Source: Terriglobia bacterium
Lineage (GTDB): Bacteria > Acidobacteriota > Polarisedimenticolia > Polarisedimenticolales > JAIQFR01
Direction of reading: 5' to 3'
NCBI GenBank assembly: GCA_963748015.1
Contig: CAVVHE010000005.1
Span: 480,001 to 544,000, forward strand
Length of the DNA stretch: 64,000 nt
The stretch's first letter is position 1, and every line of letters begins with the position of its first letter. The notes under the pieces were generated by a model. It saw nothing but the letters and a program-made list of their open reading frames with translations, ran no database searches and was not told where the DNA came from. Shown piece after piece: positions 19,400 through 29,981 of this stretch. The translations under genes and the position numbers were made by a program.

Positions 19400-20709
19400 C
19401 CCCCTTGAGCATCGGCGAGCTCCTGAGGTATGGAACGTCCCTTCTGAGCCCGCAGCTCGTCGGGTTGTACCTGACAGGCCGGCGTCGGCACCCCGTCGAG
19501 ACCCGCGCGCATCTGGCGGCGGCCGCCGCGTGGCTGTGCCGGGCGCAGGACGCAACCGGCAACGGGGGGGTCGCCCGAGGCTACTCCTTCGTCTACAAGA
19601 GGGGTTTCGGGCGCGGCGGGTGGCAGCCGGCATATCCCGAAACCACGGGGTACATCATCCCCACGGTGTTCGACTATGCCCACATGGTGGGCAGCCAGGA
19701 GCTGTTCGACCGGTCGCTCAGGATGGCCGACTGGGAATGCGACGTCCAGATGCCGAGCGGCGCCGTGCAGGGCGGCACGATCGATCACGAGCCGACTCCC
19801 GCGATCTTCAACACGGGCCAAGTGATTTTCGGGTGGGTCAGGGCCTGGCAAGAGAGCGGGAACACGAGATACCTCGAGTGTGCCGTCAGGGCGGGCGACT
19901 TCCTCGTGCAGCAGCAGGACCCGGACGGGGCCTGGCGGCGAAATCTATCCCGGTATGCTTCCCCGACCATGCCGACCTACACCTACAACACCAGGACCGC
20001 GTGGGCACTGCTGTTGCTCTCCTCCGCTTGCGGCAAGCGCGAATTCTGGGATGCGGCGATTCGCAACGTGGACCACGCGATGTCGCAGCGGGCGGAGAAC
20101 GGCTACTTCTGGAATAACTGCCTGGACGAGTCGGACCAAGCGCTGCTGCATACGATCGCCTATTGCCTGCGCGGGATTCTCGAGGTGGGGATCCTGGCGA
20201 GCAGCCGGCGTTTTCTGGATTCGGTCGTCCTGGCCGCGGATGCGTTGCTCGGGGCCATTCGCAAGGACGGCAGCCTCGCCGGGCGATTCGACCCCGCATG
20301 GAAACCCGCCGTGACGTGGAGCTGCCTCACCGGCAATTCGCAGCTGGCTCTGACCTTCGGCCGCCTCTACCACGTTCTCAGCGAGAAGAAGTACCTCGAC
20401 GGGCTGAAGGCGATCAACGCTTTCCAGCGCAGCCTGCAAATCCTCGACCCCCGCCGGCCGGACATCCATGGCGGCATCTGCGGCTCCTATCCGATCCACG
20501 GGGAGTACGGCAAGTTCGAGATCCCGAGTTGGGCGGTGAAGTTCTTCATGGACGCGTTGATGGTGGAGCTCGAACTCACCGAAGAGACGACGCTTTTGCT
20601 GGGCCTGCCGGACCGTCACGGCGTCGTGAAAACGGCCTTCACGGGCATCGAATACGGATCCGGCCGGCCACGGGGCGCCGTGCCCGCGGACGATGCCCGA
20701 CGCGACTGA
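19396..20709 (+). CDS. Alpha/alpha-toroid protein (prenyltransferase/squalene-cyclase repeat-like), polysaccharide-locus associated
   Basis: ATGA overlap with the previous stop; WLCRAQD, YPETTGYII, QMPSGA, QQDPDGAW repeats, HTIAY, CLTGNSQ and WAVKFF. Confidence 0.7.
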   Translation: MTPLSIGELLRYGTSLLSPQLVGLYLTGRRRHPVETRAHLAAAAAWLCRAQDATGNGGVARGYSFVYKRGFGRGGWQPAYPETTGYIIPTVFDYAHMVGSQELFDRSLRMADWECDVQMPSGAVQGGTIDHEPTPAIFNTGQVIFGWVRAWQESGNTRYLECAVRAGDFLVQQQDPDGAWRRNLSRYASPTMPTYTYNTRTAWALLLLSSACGKREFWDAAIRNVDHAMSQRAENGYFWNNCLDESDQALLHTIAYCLRGILEVGILASSRRFLDSVVLAADALLGAIRKDGSLAGRFDPAWKPAVTWSCLTGNSQLALTFGRLYHVLSEKKYLDGLKAINAFQRSLQILDPRRPDIHGGICGSYPIHGEYGKFEIPSWAVKFFMDALMVELELTEETTLLLGLPDRHGVVKTAFTGIEYGSGRPRGAVPADDARRD

Positions 20710-20724
20710 GGGAGTGAAAAAGCG

Positions 20725-21732
20725 ATGGATCGTTACCGAGAACTCCATCCCTGGTTGCGATTCGACCCCGCGGAAGCCGTTGCCTCCCTGTCGGAGCGGT
20801 TCCGGGAGGCGATCCATGGCGAGCTGCGGCGCAAGGGCGCCGTCGTCGCGATGTCCGGCGGGATCGACAGCTCCGTCTGCGCCGCTCTCGCAGCCTCCGC
20901 TCTTTCGCCGGAACGTGTCCTGGGCCTGGCGCTCCCGGAGCGCGATTCCTCTCCGTCCAGTCTTCGGCTGGCGGAGCAGGTCGCGACACATCTCGGGATC
21001 TCCCTCGTGACCGAGGATCTGTCGGCCGCTCTCGACGCCGTCGGCTGCTACCGGCGCCGGGACGAGGCGTTCCGCGGCGTCTTTCCGGACTACGGCGCGG
21101 GGTGGAAGAGCAAGATCGTCGCCGCGGGGAGGAACTCGGAGACGGACAGGTTCACCTGGTTCAAGCTGGTGGTGGAGTCGCCCGGCGGGGAGCGGATGGA
21201 GAAACGCCTTCCCCTGCGGGAGTACCTGGAGATCGTCGCGGCCACGAACTTCAAGCAGCGCCTCCGGAAAACGATGGAGTACTACCACGCCGACCGGATG
21301 CATTACGCCGTCATCGGAACGCCGAACCGCCTGGAGTACGACCAGGGTTTCTTCGTGAAGAACGGCGACGGCTCGGCCGACGTCAAGCCGATCGCGCACC
21401 TCTACAAGAGCCAGGTATACGAGCTGGCCAGGTTCCTGGGCGTGCCGGACGTGGTCCTCTCGGCTCGCCCGACCACGGACACGTACAGCCTCGAGCAGGG
21501 GCAGGACGAGTTCTACTTCGTGGTGCCTCACGAAGCCATGGACCTGATCCTCTTCGGGATGAACCACGGCCGGAGCGTGGAAGAAATCGCCGCCGAGACG
21601 GGTCTCGGCGCGGATCGAGTCCGCCTCGTCTTCCAGGACATCCGGGACAAGCGACGGACGACTCGACCCCTGCACTTGAAACCGGTTCTCCTGGAGCCCG
21701 TGCCCGAGGTGGACACGAACCCGGCCTCCTGA
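20725..21732 (+). CDS. nadE: NH3-dependent NAD synthetase-like ATP pyrophosphatase
   Basis: SGGIDSS PP-loop, NFKQRLR, GTPNRLE, GFFVKNGDG and PIAHLYKSQVY. Confidence 0.8.
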   Translation: MDRYRELHPWLRFDPAEAVASLSERFREAIHGELRRKGAVVAMSGGIDSSVCAALAASALSPERVLGLALPERDSSPSSLRLAEQVATHLGISLVTEDLSAALDAVGCYRRRDEAFRGVFPDYGAGWKSKIVAAGRNSETDRFTWFKLVVESPGGERMEKRLPLREYLEIVAATNFKQRLRKTMEYYHADRMHYAVIGTPNRLEYDQGFFVKNGDGSADVKPIAHLYKSQVYELARFLGVPDVVLSARPTTDTYSLEQGQDEFYFVVPHEAMDLILFGMNHGRSVEEIAAETGLGADRVRLVFQDIRDKRRTTRPLHLKPVLLEPVPEVDTNPAS

Positions 21733-21758
21733 CCGGGCGAAGGGACCCCGAGGCGCCG

Positions 21759-23723
21759 ATGTGCGGTCTGGCCGGATGGTACGACCCCGCCGGGGGCCCC
21801 TCCTCGGAGGCGCTCCTGCGGAGGATGCTCCGCTTGCTCCACCATCGGGGCCCCGACGAGTTCGGCATCTACCGGGGCCGGGGGATCGGCTTCGCGCACA
21901 CCCGGCTATCCATCATCGACCTGAGCACCGGGCAGCAGCCCATGTGCAACGAGGACCGGTCGCTCTGGATCGTGTTCAACGGCGAGATCTTCAACTACCT
22001 CGAGCTGCGGGAGGGCCTGCTGCGGCGCGGCCACCGGTTCGCGTCGACGTCGGACACCGAGGTCCTCCTCCACCTTTACGAGGAAAAGGGAGCCGACGCG
22101 CTGGCGGACCTGAACGGCCAGTTCGCGTTCGCCATCTGGGACAGCTTGAAGCGGGAGTTGTTCCTGGCCCGCGACCGCGTGGGCATCCGGCCGTTGTTCT
22201 ACGCGCGGCACGGTGACGAGTGGCTCTTCGGCTCGGAGATCAAGGCCCTCTTCGCCGATCGCCGTCTGAAGCGGGAGATCGACCCCGTTGCCCTCGACGA
22301 CGTCTTCACCTTCTGGATGCCGCTCTCCCCTCGCACGGCCTTCGTGGGGGTGCGCGAGCTGCCTCCGGCCCACTGGATGCGGATCGGGGAGAACGGCTCG
22401 GTCATGGGACGCTACTGGGACCTGCCGACTGAAGCGGAACCGGCCGGCGCGCGGCCGGAGGAGTACTACGCCGAGGGGTTGCGAGAGCTTCTCATCGACT
22501 CCACGCGACTGCAGCTCCGAGCCGACGTCTCCGTGGGGGCGTACTTGAGCGGCGGCCTAGACTCCTCCGTGACCGCCGGTCTCGTCCGTCACTTCACCGA
22601 CAGCCGCCTGTCCACCTTCTCGGTCACCTTCCGCGATCCCGAATTCGACGAGAGCGACAAGCAGCGGATCATGACCGAGTTCCTGAAAACGGACCACGCG
22701 GCGGTCGCCTGCGGCGACCAGGACATCGCGGAGGCCTTCCCATCGGTCATCTGGCATGCGGAGGTCCCGGTCTTGAGGACCGCGCCGGCTCCTCTGTTCC
22801 TGCTGTCGCGCCTCGTACGCGAGAGCTCGTACAAGGTCGTCCTCACAGGCGAAGGCGCGGACGAGATCCTGGCCGGCTACGACCTGTTCAAGGAAGACAA
22901 GATCCGGCGATTCATGGCGGTCTTTCCGGATTCCCGGTTGCGACCGCTCCTCCTGCAGCGGCTCTATCCGTACCTGCGGCAGTCGCCGACGAAATCGCTC
23001 GCCTATGCGAGAGCTTTCTTCGGAGCGCCGATCGCACCCTTCGACGGCGCATTCCATTCGCACGCGCCGCGCTGGAACATGACGGCGGGCGGGAAGGTAT
23101 TTTTCTCGGACGAAATCCTGCGGCGGGCCGCCGAGCAGCCGGCGCAGGAGCGCGTGGCTCGGGCGCTCGGGAATCCCGGCGGGGATCCGCTCGGGCGGGC
23201 CCAGCAGATCGAGATGAGGACGCTGCTCCCGGGCTACCTCCTCTCGTCCCAGGGAGACCGGATGCTGATGGCCCACTCGGTCGAGGGGCGCTTCCCCTTC
23301 CTGGACCACCGGGTGGTGGAGTTCAGCCTGCGCATCCCGCCCCACCTTCGTCTCAAGGGGCTCAGGGAGAAGCACATCCTCCGGCGAGCCATGGCCGGTC
23401 TGCTGCCCGAGGCGATCCTGGGCATGGTCAAGCAGCCCTACCGGGCCCCGGACGCGCGGTGCTTTCTCGGCGGGGCGGGTGATACGTCGGTCCCGGAGCT
23501 GCTCTCGTCGGACAATCTCGCCGAATCGGGGTATTTTGATCCGCTCCGGGTGGGGCAGTTGGTGGCCAAGCTCGGGGCGAGCGAGGTCAGCGGGTTCAAG
23601 GACAACATGGCCTTCATGGGCATCCTATCCACGCAGATGCTCCACCGCCTGTTCATCCGCGATTTCGGCGCGAGCGGCGGAGAGGAGATTCGCGGCGTTC
23701 GGGTTGTCGAGGGAGACCGATGA
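21759..23723 (+). CDS. asnB: Asparagine synthetase (glutamine-hydrolysing) family amidotransferase
   Basis: MCG start, HRGPD, RLSIIDL, FNGEIFN, LSGGLDSS, TGEGADE and RFPFLDH. Confidence 0.92.
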   Translation: MCGLAGWYDPAGGPSSEALLRRMLRLLHHRGPDEFGIYRGRGIGFAHTRLSIIDLSTGQQPMCNEDRSLWIVFNGEIFNYLELREGLLRRGHRFASTSDTEVLLHLYEEKGADALADLNGQFAFAIWDSLKRELFLARDRVGIRPLFYARHGDEWLFGSEIKALFADRRLKREIDPVALDDVFTFWMPLSPRTAFVGVRELPPAHWMRIGENGSVMGRYWDLPTEAEPAGARPEEYYAEGLRELLIDSTRLQLRADVSVGAYLSGGLDSSVTAGLVRHFTDSRLSTFSVTFRDPEFDESDKQRIMTEFLKTDHAAVACGDQDIAEAFPSVIWHAEVPVLRTAPAPLFLLSRLVRESSYKVVLTGEGADEILAGYDLFKEDKIRRFMAVFPDSRLRPLLLQRLYPYLRQSPTKSLAYARAFFGAPIAPFDGAFHSHAPRWNMTAGGKVFFSDEILRRAAEQPAQERVARALGNPGGDPLGRAQQIEMRTLLPGYLLSSQGDRMLMAHSVEGRFPFLDHRVVEFSLRIPPHLRLKGLREKHILRRAMAGLLPEAILGMVKQPYRAPDARCFLGGAGDTSVPELLSSDNLAESGYFDPLRVGQLVAKLGASEVSGFKDNMAFMGILSTQMLHRLFIRDFGASGGEEIRGVRVVEGDR

Positions 23724-23748
23724 AGGCTCTCGAGGAGGAGTTGCCTCT

Positions 23749-23997
23749 ATGGATGTGGAACGGGAAGTGCGGGAGTTCGTCGTGAAGAACTTTCTCTACG
23801 GAGACGACAACACCGGCCTCAAGGAGACCGATTCCTTCATCGATCGGGGAATAATCGATTCCACGGGCGTGCTGGAGATCGTCAACTTCCTCGAGAGCCG
23901 CTTCGAGATCGCGCTGCGCGACGACGAGCTGGTGCCGGAGAACCTCGACTCGATCGAGAAGATCGCCCGGTTCGTGCTCGGGAAACGGAGCTCGTGA
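23749..23997 (+). CDS. Acyl carrier protein
   Basis: 82 aa, acidic, [10 protein letters not shown] phosphopantetheine site; GAGGAG RBS. Confidence 0.9.
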   Translation: MDVEREVREFVVKNFLYGDDNTGLKETDSFIDRGIIDSTGVLEIVNFLESRFEIALRDDELVPENLDSIEKIARFVLGKRSS

Positions 23998-24959
23998 TGC
24001 GAGACCTTCGACGCAGGCGGGTGCTGGTGACCGGCGGCGCGGGCTTCCTCGGCTCGCACCTGTGCGAGCGTTTGCTCCGCGATGGCTGCGACGTGATCTG
24101 CGTGGACAACTTCTACACGGGAACGCGGGACAACATCCTGCCCTTGCTCGAGTCGCCGCACTTCGAGGTCCTGCGCCACGACGTCACCTTCCCGATCTAC
24201 CTCGAGATCGACGAGATCTACAACCTCGCCTGTCCGGCGTCGCCGATCCACTATCAGTTCGATCCGGTGCAGACCACGAAGACCAGCGTGCACGGGGCCA
24301 TCAACATGCTGGGCCTGGCGAAGCGCACCAGGGCGAAGATCTTCCAGGCCTCGACCAGCGAGGTGTACGGCGACCCCGAGGTACACCCGCAGCCGGAGGG
24401 CTACTGGGGGCACGTCAACCCGATCGGGCCGCGCGCGTGCTACGACGAGGGGAAGCGCTGCGCGGAGACGTTGTTCTTCGATTATCACCGGCAGCACAAG
24501 GTGCAGATCAAGGTGGCGCGGATCTTCAACACGTATGGCCCGCGCATGCATCCCAACGACGGGCGGGTCGTGTCGAACTTCATCGTGCAGGCACTCCGGA
24601 GTCAACCGCTGACGGTCTGCGGGGACGGCTCCCAGACGCGCGCGTTCTGCTATGTGGACGACCTGATCGAGGGATTCGTTCGTCTGATGGACCGATCAGG
24701 AGACTTCCCGGGGCCGATCAACCTCGGAAACCCTGGTGAGTTCACCATCCTCCAGCTGGCCGAGAAGGTCCTGAAGTTGACCGCCTCGCGCTCGAAGATC
24801 GAATTCCGTCCCTTGCCGGCGGACGACCCGAGGCAGCGGAAACCCGATGCCGCGTTGGCGAAGAAGCTGCTCGATTGGGAGCCGAAGATCTCCCTGGATG
24901 AAGGCCTCGGGCGCACGGTCGAGTACTTCGACCGGCTGATCCGCGACGAGAACACTTGA
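23997..24959 (+). CDS. UDP-glucuronic acid decarboxylase (UDP-xylose synthase)
   Basis: [43 protein letters not shown] and DDPRQRKPD. Confidence 0.93.
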   Translation: MRDLRRRRVLVTGGAGFLGSHLCERLLRDGCDVICVDNFYTGTRDNILPLLESPHFEVLRHDVTFPIYLEIDEIYNLACPASPIHYQFDPVQTTKTSVHGAINMLGLAKRTRAKIFQASTSEVYGDPEVHPQPEGYWGHVNPIGPRACYDEGKRCAETLFFDYHRQHKVQIKVARIFNTYGPRMHPNDGRVVSNFIVQALRSQPLTVCGDGSQTRAFCYVDDLIEGFVRLMDRSGDFPGPINLGNPGEFTILQLAEKVLKLTASRSKIEFRPLPADDPRQRKPDAALAKKLLDWEPKISLDEGLGRTVEYFDRLIRDENT

Positions 24960-25299
24960 CCCCGGTCAACTGCCGCCCGGCTTGCGCGTCACCGTTGCAG
25001 GCGACGAACACCCCGCGGGGCGAAGCGGCTGTGAGTGAGGCAGCCCGTCCCGCGACGGGTGGTGGTGAATACTCACCGCGATATCTCGTACTCGCGACAC
25101 TCCCATCCGTTTGCGCCGCGCATCGGGCGTGTTAGATTGAAAAAGCTGACCGGGCCTGCAGCCGATGGAGCCCGTTAGGGCGCTCGGGATGGAGGGGGAT
25201 TTCGTACAGAACAAGAACGCTCTCTGCCGTTAGCCCATACCCCCGAGCGGAGGCCTGAGTTGTGTATTGACGAGAAAGGCAACGCCGGGACGACGACTC

Positions 25300-25481
25300 G
25301 ATTCCACCCGTCGCCGAGGTTGTGCCGAGGCCGTTCCCTCGTGATCGTGTGCTGCGAACGTCGGTCCGTTTCGAATGCCTCGGTGACGCTCTTTTCGAAG
25401 CAGTCGGGCGGTTATCAGCCAGCCGAAGGTCCGTTCAACGCGCTTCCTCCGCAGGCCGATCGACGCTTGGAACCTAGCCAT
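25300..25481 (-). mobile_element. Degenerate IS5-family transposase C-terminal remnant
   Basis: RRKRVERTFGWL.TARLLRKERHRG resembles the R-x-x-VE-x-x-FGW...RK-x-RHRG end of IS5-type DDE transposases; the rest of the gene is absent. Confidence 0.6.
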
Positions 25482-26702
25482 GCCGCGTAACCCTGAACCA
25501 CGACCCGCCTGCTACGCATTCAGCACGAACGCGTGGCAGGGCCCCTGGATGAACCGCCAGCAATTGCTCTCGCGATTGGGGCACCGCGGCTGGCCCGTGA
25601 TTTACAGCACAGGCGTGCCGAGTGTCTGGGAACGGAACTCCACGTCGTGGCGCATGGCCCCGCTCTTCGGACGGCAGTACGAAAGCGATGGCGTGCGAGT
25701 GGACATCGCCGGGCGCTTCTTACCCGTATGGCCTTCGCGTCCTCGCTACAACGATTGGGTTGTCGCGCGCTACTGTGCGGCGCTCAAGCGCCGCGGGCGC
25801 GTTCCAAGAGGGCGAGAGGGAATCGCCTATCTCTTCCTGCCGGAGTTCCTGTCGTACGCGCATTCCCTTGGGTGCCGCTATCTGGTCTACCATGCTGTCG
25901 ACGACTACGCCCAGACGTCGGGCTGGACGCGCGAGATGGAGCGTCTCCAGGAAGCAGCGGTCGCGCGTGCCGATCTCGTGCTCGCGACGACAGAAGACAC
26001 GCTTTCCAGACTGCCAGCCGGAGGGTCGGCGCCCCGTCGCGTACTGCACAACGGCGCCGACGTGGCTGCCTTTGCGAGTGGCCCGGGCCTGCCCTGCCCC
26101 GAGGATCTCGCGAGAATTCCGCATCCGCGGATCTGCTACGTCGGCGATTCTGAATCTAAAAGTGGACTTCAACGTCATCGCCGCCATCGCCCGTGCGCGG
26201 CCGGCTTGGCAATGGGTCATGGTCGGGCCCACCATTCGCGGGCTCGGTCATCCATCGAGCGATCCGAAGCTGGCCGAAGGTTACGAGATCTGTTGCCGTC
26301 TTTCCAACGTCCACTTTCTCGGCACCAAGCCCGTGGGTGAGTTGCCCGCATACGTGGGTCACGCGGACGTCAACGTAATGTGCTATCGCCACCAGGAAGC
26401 TGGCTGGTGGAACGCGGATTATCCGCTCAAACTGCATGAGTACCTTGCGGCCGGAAGGCCGGTGGTCAGCGCGCCATTGCAAGCGTCAAGCCGTTTGCCC
26501 ATGTGGTGGACCTTGCAGGCTCCGATGTCGAGTGGATACACGCCCTCGATCGGGCATTCTTTCATGGGGGCGTCGGGACACTCGAGGGCCGCCGCGCGGT
26601 TGCGTGGGAGAACACATGGGACCTCGGGTCGATCAACTCGAGAATTGGCTGAGCGAGATGGTTGACGCGGGTCCGCAGGCGCCATCGCGAATTGGTGGAT
26701 GA
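25480..26702 (+). CDS. GT-B glycosyltransferase (TuaH-like), split by about 3 frameshifts
   Basis: Successive frames: WMNRQQL...YHAVDDY...HNGAD; NLKVDF...PLKLHEYLAAGRPVVS; AVAWENTW; RVDQLE. Confidence 0.75.
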
Positions 26703-26878
26703 TCGGAGCTCTTCGGGCTATTTTGCGCTTCCCGCGATGCCTCACGGAGCCATTTCGAAGCACGAGCCGTCGGGTGGCTGCGGCGCGGGACGTCTTCGAC
26801 TCGCGGAAAGCTCCGGCACCTCTGCCGGCAATGGCCTCTCCACGATGGCCTCATGCCGGATAGCGAAAAGGCGGACCC

Positions 26879-27725
26879 ATGACAAGAGACCTGATCTTCG
26901 ATCTCGGAATGAACAACGGCGACGATACGGAGTTTTATCTCAGAAAAGGATTCCAAGTCGTCGCGGTCGAGGCGAACCCCGATCTGTGCGCACTGGGAAC
27001 TCAGAGGTTCGCGGCGGAGGTGCAGAGCGGGAGGCTCCGTATCGATCAACAGCGCCATCAGCACGGTCCGGCGGCCAGATCGAGTTGTTCGTCAACGAGG
27101 CGACGAGCGGCTGGACGACGACAAACCCCGTTTGGCTCAATACCCGCGTCGGACAGGGCACCAAGGCCTGCCCGTTGATCGTCCCCGCAGTGACCTTTCA
27201 GGAGATCCTTCGGGAGCTCGGCGTTCCGTACTACATCAAGGCCGACATTCAGGGAGCGGAGCTACACGTATTGGAAGCGCTCCTGGAGTTCGAAGACCGC
27301 CCCAAATTCATCTCCATCTCGTAGCGGCACGGACGTCATCGGCGCCGGCGCCATGCATCACGTTCGCAAAGTCATGAAACTGTTTTCCGACCTCGGATAC
27401 CGGAAGTTCAAGATCATTCAGCAACGAGACATCGAGCTACAGAAGTGCCCGTTCCCTGCGCGCGAGGGCTCCCACGTGGACTATCCCTTCAAACATGGCC
27501 AGAGCGGGCTGTTTGGCGAGGAACTTCCCGGCGAATGGATGGATCAACGACAGATCTTGAGGGAGTACCGGAAGATCGTGATGGGCTACAGGCTGGCGGG
27601 AAGCTCGCATTCGCCTCTCGCTTGGTTCAACAAGATACCGAGTTGGAGGGTCCGATCACATCCTCGATCGGCTCTTCTGGCGTGGTATCGGGTGGTACGA
27701 TACGCACGCGAAGCACGGGGCCTAG
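26879..27725 (+). CDS. FkbM family SAM methyltransferase, split by about 3 frameshifts
   Basis: IFDLGMNNGDD...VAVEANP; YYIKADIQGAE; SGLFGEELPGEW; WYDTHAKHGA stop at 27725. Confidence 0.8.
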
Positions 27726-27798
27726 GGCGACGATCCTGTAGCTGTCGGCGCGGAAGACGGCGAAGACCAACGAAGCAGGCCTGGACGCGGACGGAAAC

Positions 27799-28966
27799 AT
27801 GAGCCGGTGCCCATTGATCGCCCACGTCATCTACCGGCTCGGCGTGGGCGGGATGGAGAACGGGCTCGTCAACCTGATCAACGGGATGCCGCGGGACCGC
27901 TACCGCCACGCCATCGTCTGCCTCGTGGACTCCACGAGCTACAGGGACCGGATCGAGCGCCCGGACGTCGAGGTGATCGCCCTCGGGAAGAAGGCCGGCA
28001 AGGACCTCGGCCTCTACGCGAAGCTCTATCGCGCCCTGCGGGGGCTGCGACCCCGCCGTCGTGCACACCCGTAACCTCCCGGCCCTCGAGGGGCAGTGGG
28101 TGGGTGCCCTGGCGGGGGTGCGCGGGAAGGGTGCACGGCGAGCACGGCCGCGACATGTACGACCTGCACGGCCGGAGATTCAAGTACAACCTGCTGCGGA
28201 GAGGGATCCGTCCGCTGGTCGGCCACTACATCGCGGTGAGCAAGGACCTGGAGCGGTGGCTCCTCGAGACGGTCCGCGTGCCCCGCGGCCGGGTGACGCA
28301 GATCTACAACGGGGTGGACTGCGCTTCGCTTCCACCCGAGGGACGGGCGCGGGCGCGCGACGCGGAGGCCGTGTTTCCGCGGGACGCGATCGTCGTGGGA
28401 AGCGTGGGCCGAATGGCGGCCGTGAAGGACTTCACGATGCTGGTCAAGGCGTTCCTGCGCTCGTCGGGGAAGCCCTCGCTGCGGGACCGGCTGAGGCTGC
28501 TCATCGTCGGGGACGGGGACTCGCGGGAAGCGTGCCTGCGGCTGCTGCGGGAGGGAAACGCCGCCGACCTGGCGTGGCTTCCGGGGGAGCGGCCGGACGT
28601 TCCCGACCTGATGCGCTGCATGGACGTGTTCGTGCTCCCCTCGCTCGGCGAGGGGATCTCGAACACCATCCTCGAGGCCATGGCGACGGGCCTGCCGGTG
28701 GTGGCGACCGCGGTGGGCGGGAACCCTGAGCTCGTCGAGCCCGGCGTCACGGGCAGCCTGGTTCCCCCGGGCGACGTCGGCGCGATGGCGAAGGCGATCC
28801 GACGCCTACGCGCTCGAGCCGCGCGGCTCGAGCGCGCACGGCAAGCGGCCCGGGCGAAGATCGAGACGCAGTTCAGCATGACCGCATGATCGACGGCTAC
28901 CTCGGCGTCTACGGGGCGGTGCTCGAGGGGCGCCTCATGAGGGGCGTCGGGCGGGACGGCACGTGA
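27799..28966 (+). CDS. GT4 sugar transferase resembling the PEP-CTERM/EpsH1-associated TIGR03088 family, frameshifted
   Basis: HVIYRLGVGGMENGLVNLIN, HTRNL, VHGEHGRD, IYNGVD and PSLGEGISNTILEAMA. Confidence 0.8.
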
Positions 28967-29958
28967 CCCACGTGCTCATCACCGTGGACGTCGAGTCCGG
29001 GATCCGGGGCCGGCCAGCCGACCAGATCTGGGGCCGGGTGGACGGGGACCTCCGAACCGTTCGGCATCGACAGGATCATGGACCTCATGGAGTCCCGCGG
29101 GGTAAAGGGCACGTTCTTCCTCACGCCGTACGAGGCCGCGACGTACGGCGAGGCGAGATCGCCGCGATCGCGCGCCGGATCCACGAGAGGGGCCACGACC
29201 TCGAGCTGCACACCCATCCCTTCGCCATGTTCGGCTTCCACGACATGTCGAACGCTGCGATCGACGACCAGCTCGAGGTCCTACGCAAGTCGGCAAGGAC
29301 ATGCTCGAGCGGTGGACCGGGAAGACGGTCGTCGCGCACCGGGCCGGCGCCTACGGCGCGAATCTCGAGACGATCGAGGCCTGCCGTCGAGCGGGGCTTG
29401 GCGCTGGACGCGTCACTCTGCCCGGCGGTCTCGACCGAGCTCTCGCGGCAGCTCACGCCGACGAACCACTGGTTCCGTCGCGGGGACGTCGTCGTCCTGC
29501 CCGTGACCTACTACACCCAGGCCCGTCTCGGCCGGAGGCGGTTCCAGCGCATCCTGGACCTCGAGGCCAGCTCGCTGCGGGAGCTCAAGAACGGTCATCC
29601 GCCAGGCGCGGGACCGCTCGCTCGAGAACGTCAACATCATGATGCACAGCTTCCGTTCGTGAGATACGGCCGGCCCGATCGTGGTACGCTACGGCGGTTC
29701 GAGCGGCTGCTGGATTTCCTCGTCGAGGAGCCGGGCTTGGCGGTGTCACCGTGTCTTCCTTTTGCGAGATCGTCCGCGACCGGCCGGCGCCGGAGCCGGG
29801 CCCGGCGAACGCGGCCGTGCCGTACACGGGTTGGTGGCTCACCTACCTCAGGGCGCTCGAGGACATCGACAAGGGCCGGGCCAACGTGGGTGGTCGGGCT
29901 CGTCCCCGCTGATCCTGTTGCTGCTCGCCGCCGTGGCCGCATGATCGCGCTCCGCTGA
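28963..29958 (+). CDS. Polysaccharide deacetylase family protein, multiply frameshifted, probable C-terminal TM helix
   Basis: ITVDVE, KGTFF, GHDLELHTHP, HRAGAY and MMHS motifs spread over several frames. Confidence 0.7.
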   Translation: MTHVLITVDVESGIRGRPADQIWGRVDGDLRTVRHRQDHGPHGVPRGKGHVLPHAVRGRDVRRGEIAAIARRIHERGHDLELHTHPFAMFGFHDMSNAAIDDQLEVLRKSARTCSSGGPGRRSSRTGPAPTARISRRSRPAVERGLALDASLCPAVSTELSRQLTPTNHWFRRGDVVVLPVTYYTQARLGRRRFQRILDLEASSLRELKNGHPPGAGPLARERQHHDAQLPFVRYGRPDRGTLRRFERLLDFLVEEPGLAVSPCLPFARSSATGRRRSRARRTRPCRTRVGGSPTSGRSRTSTRAGPTWVVGLVPADPVAARRRGRMIALR

Positions 29959-29981
29959 CGGCGCCGAGAACCCTGGATCGC

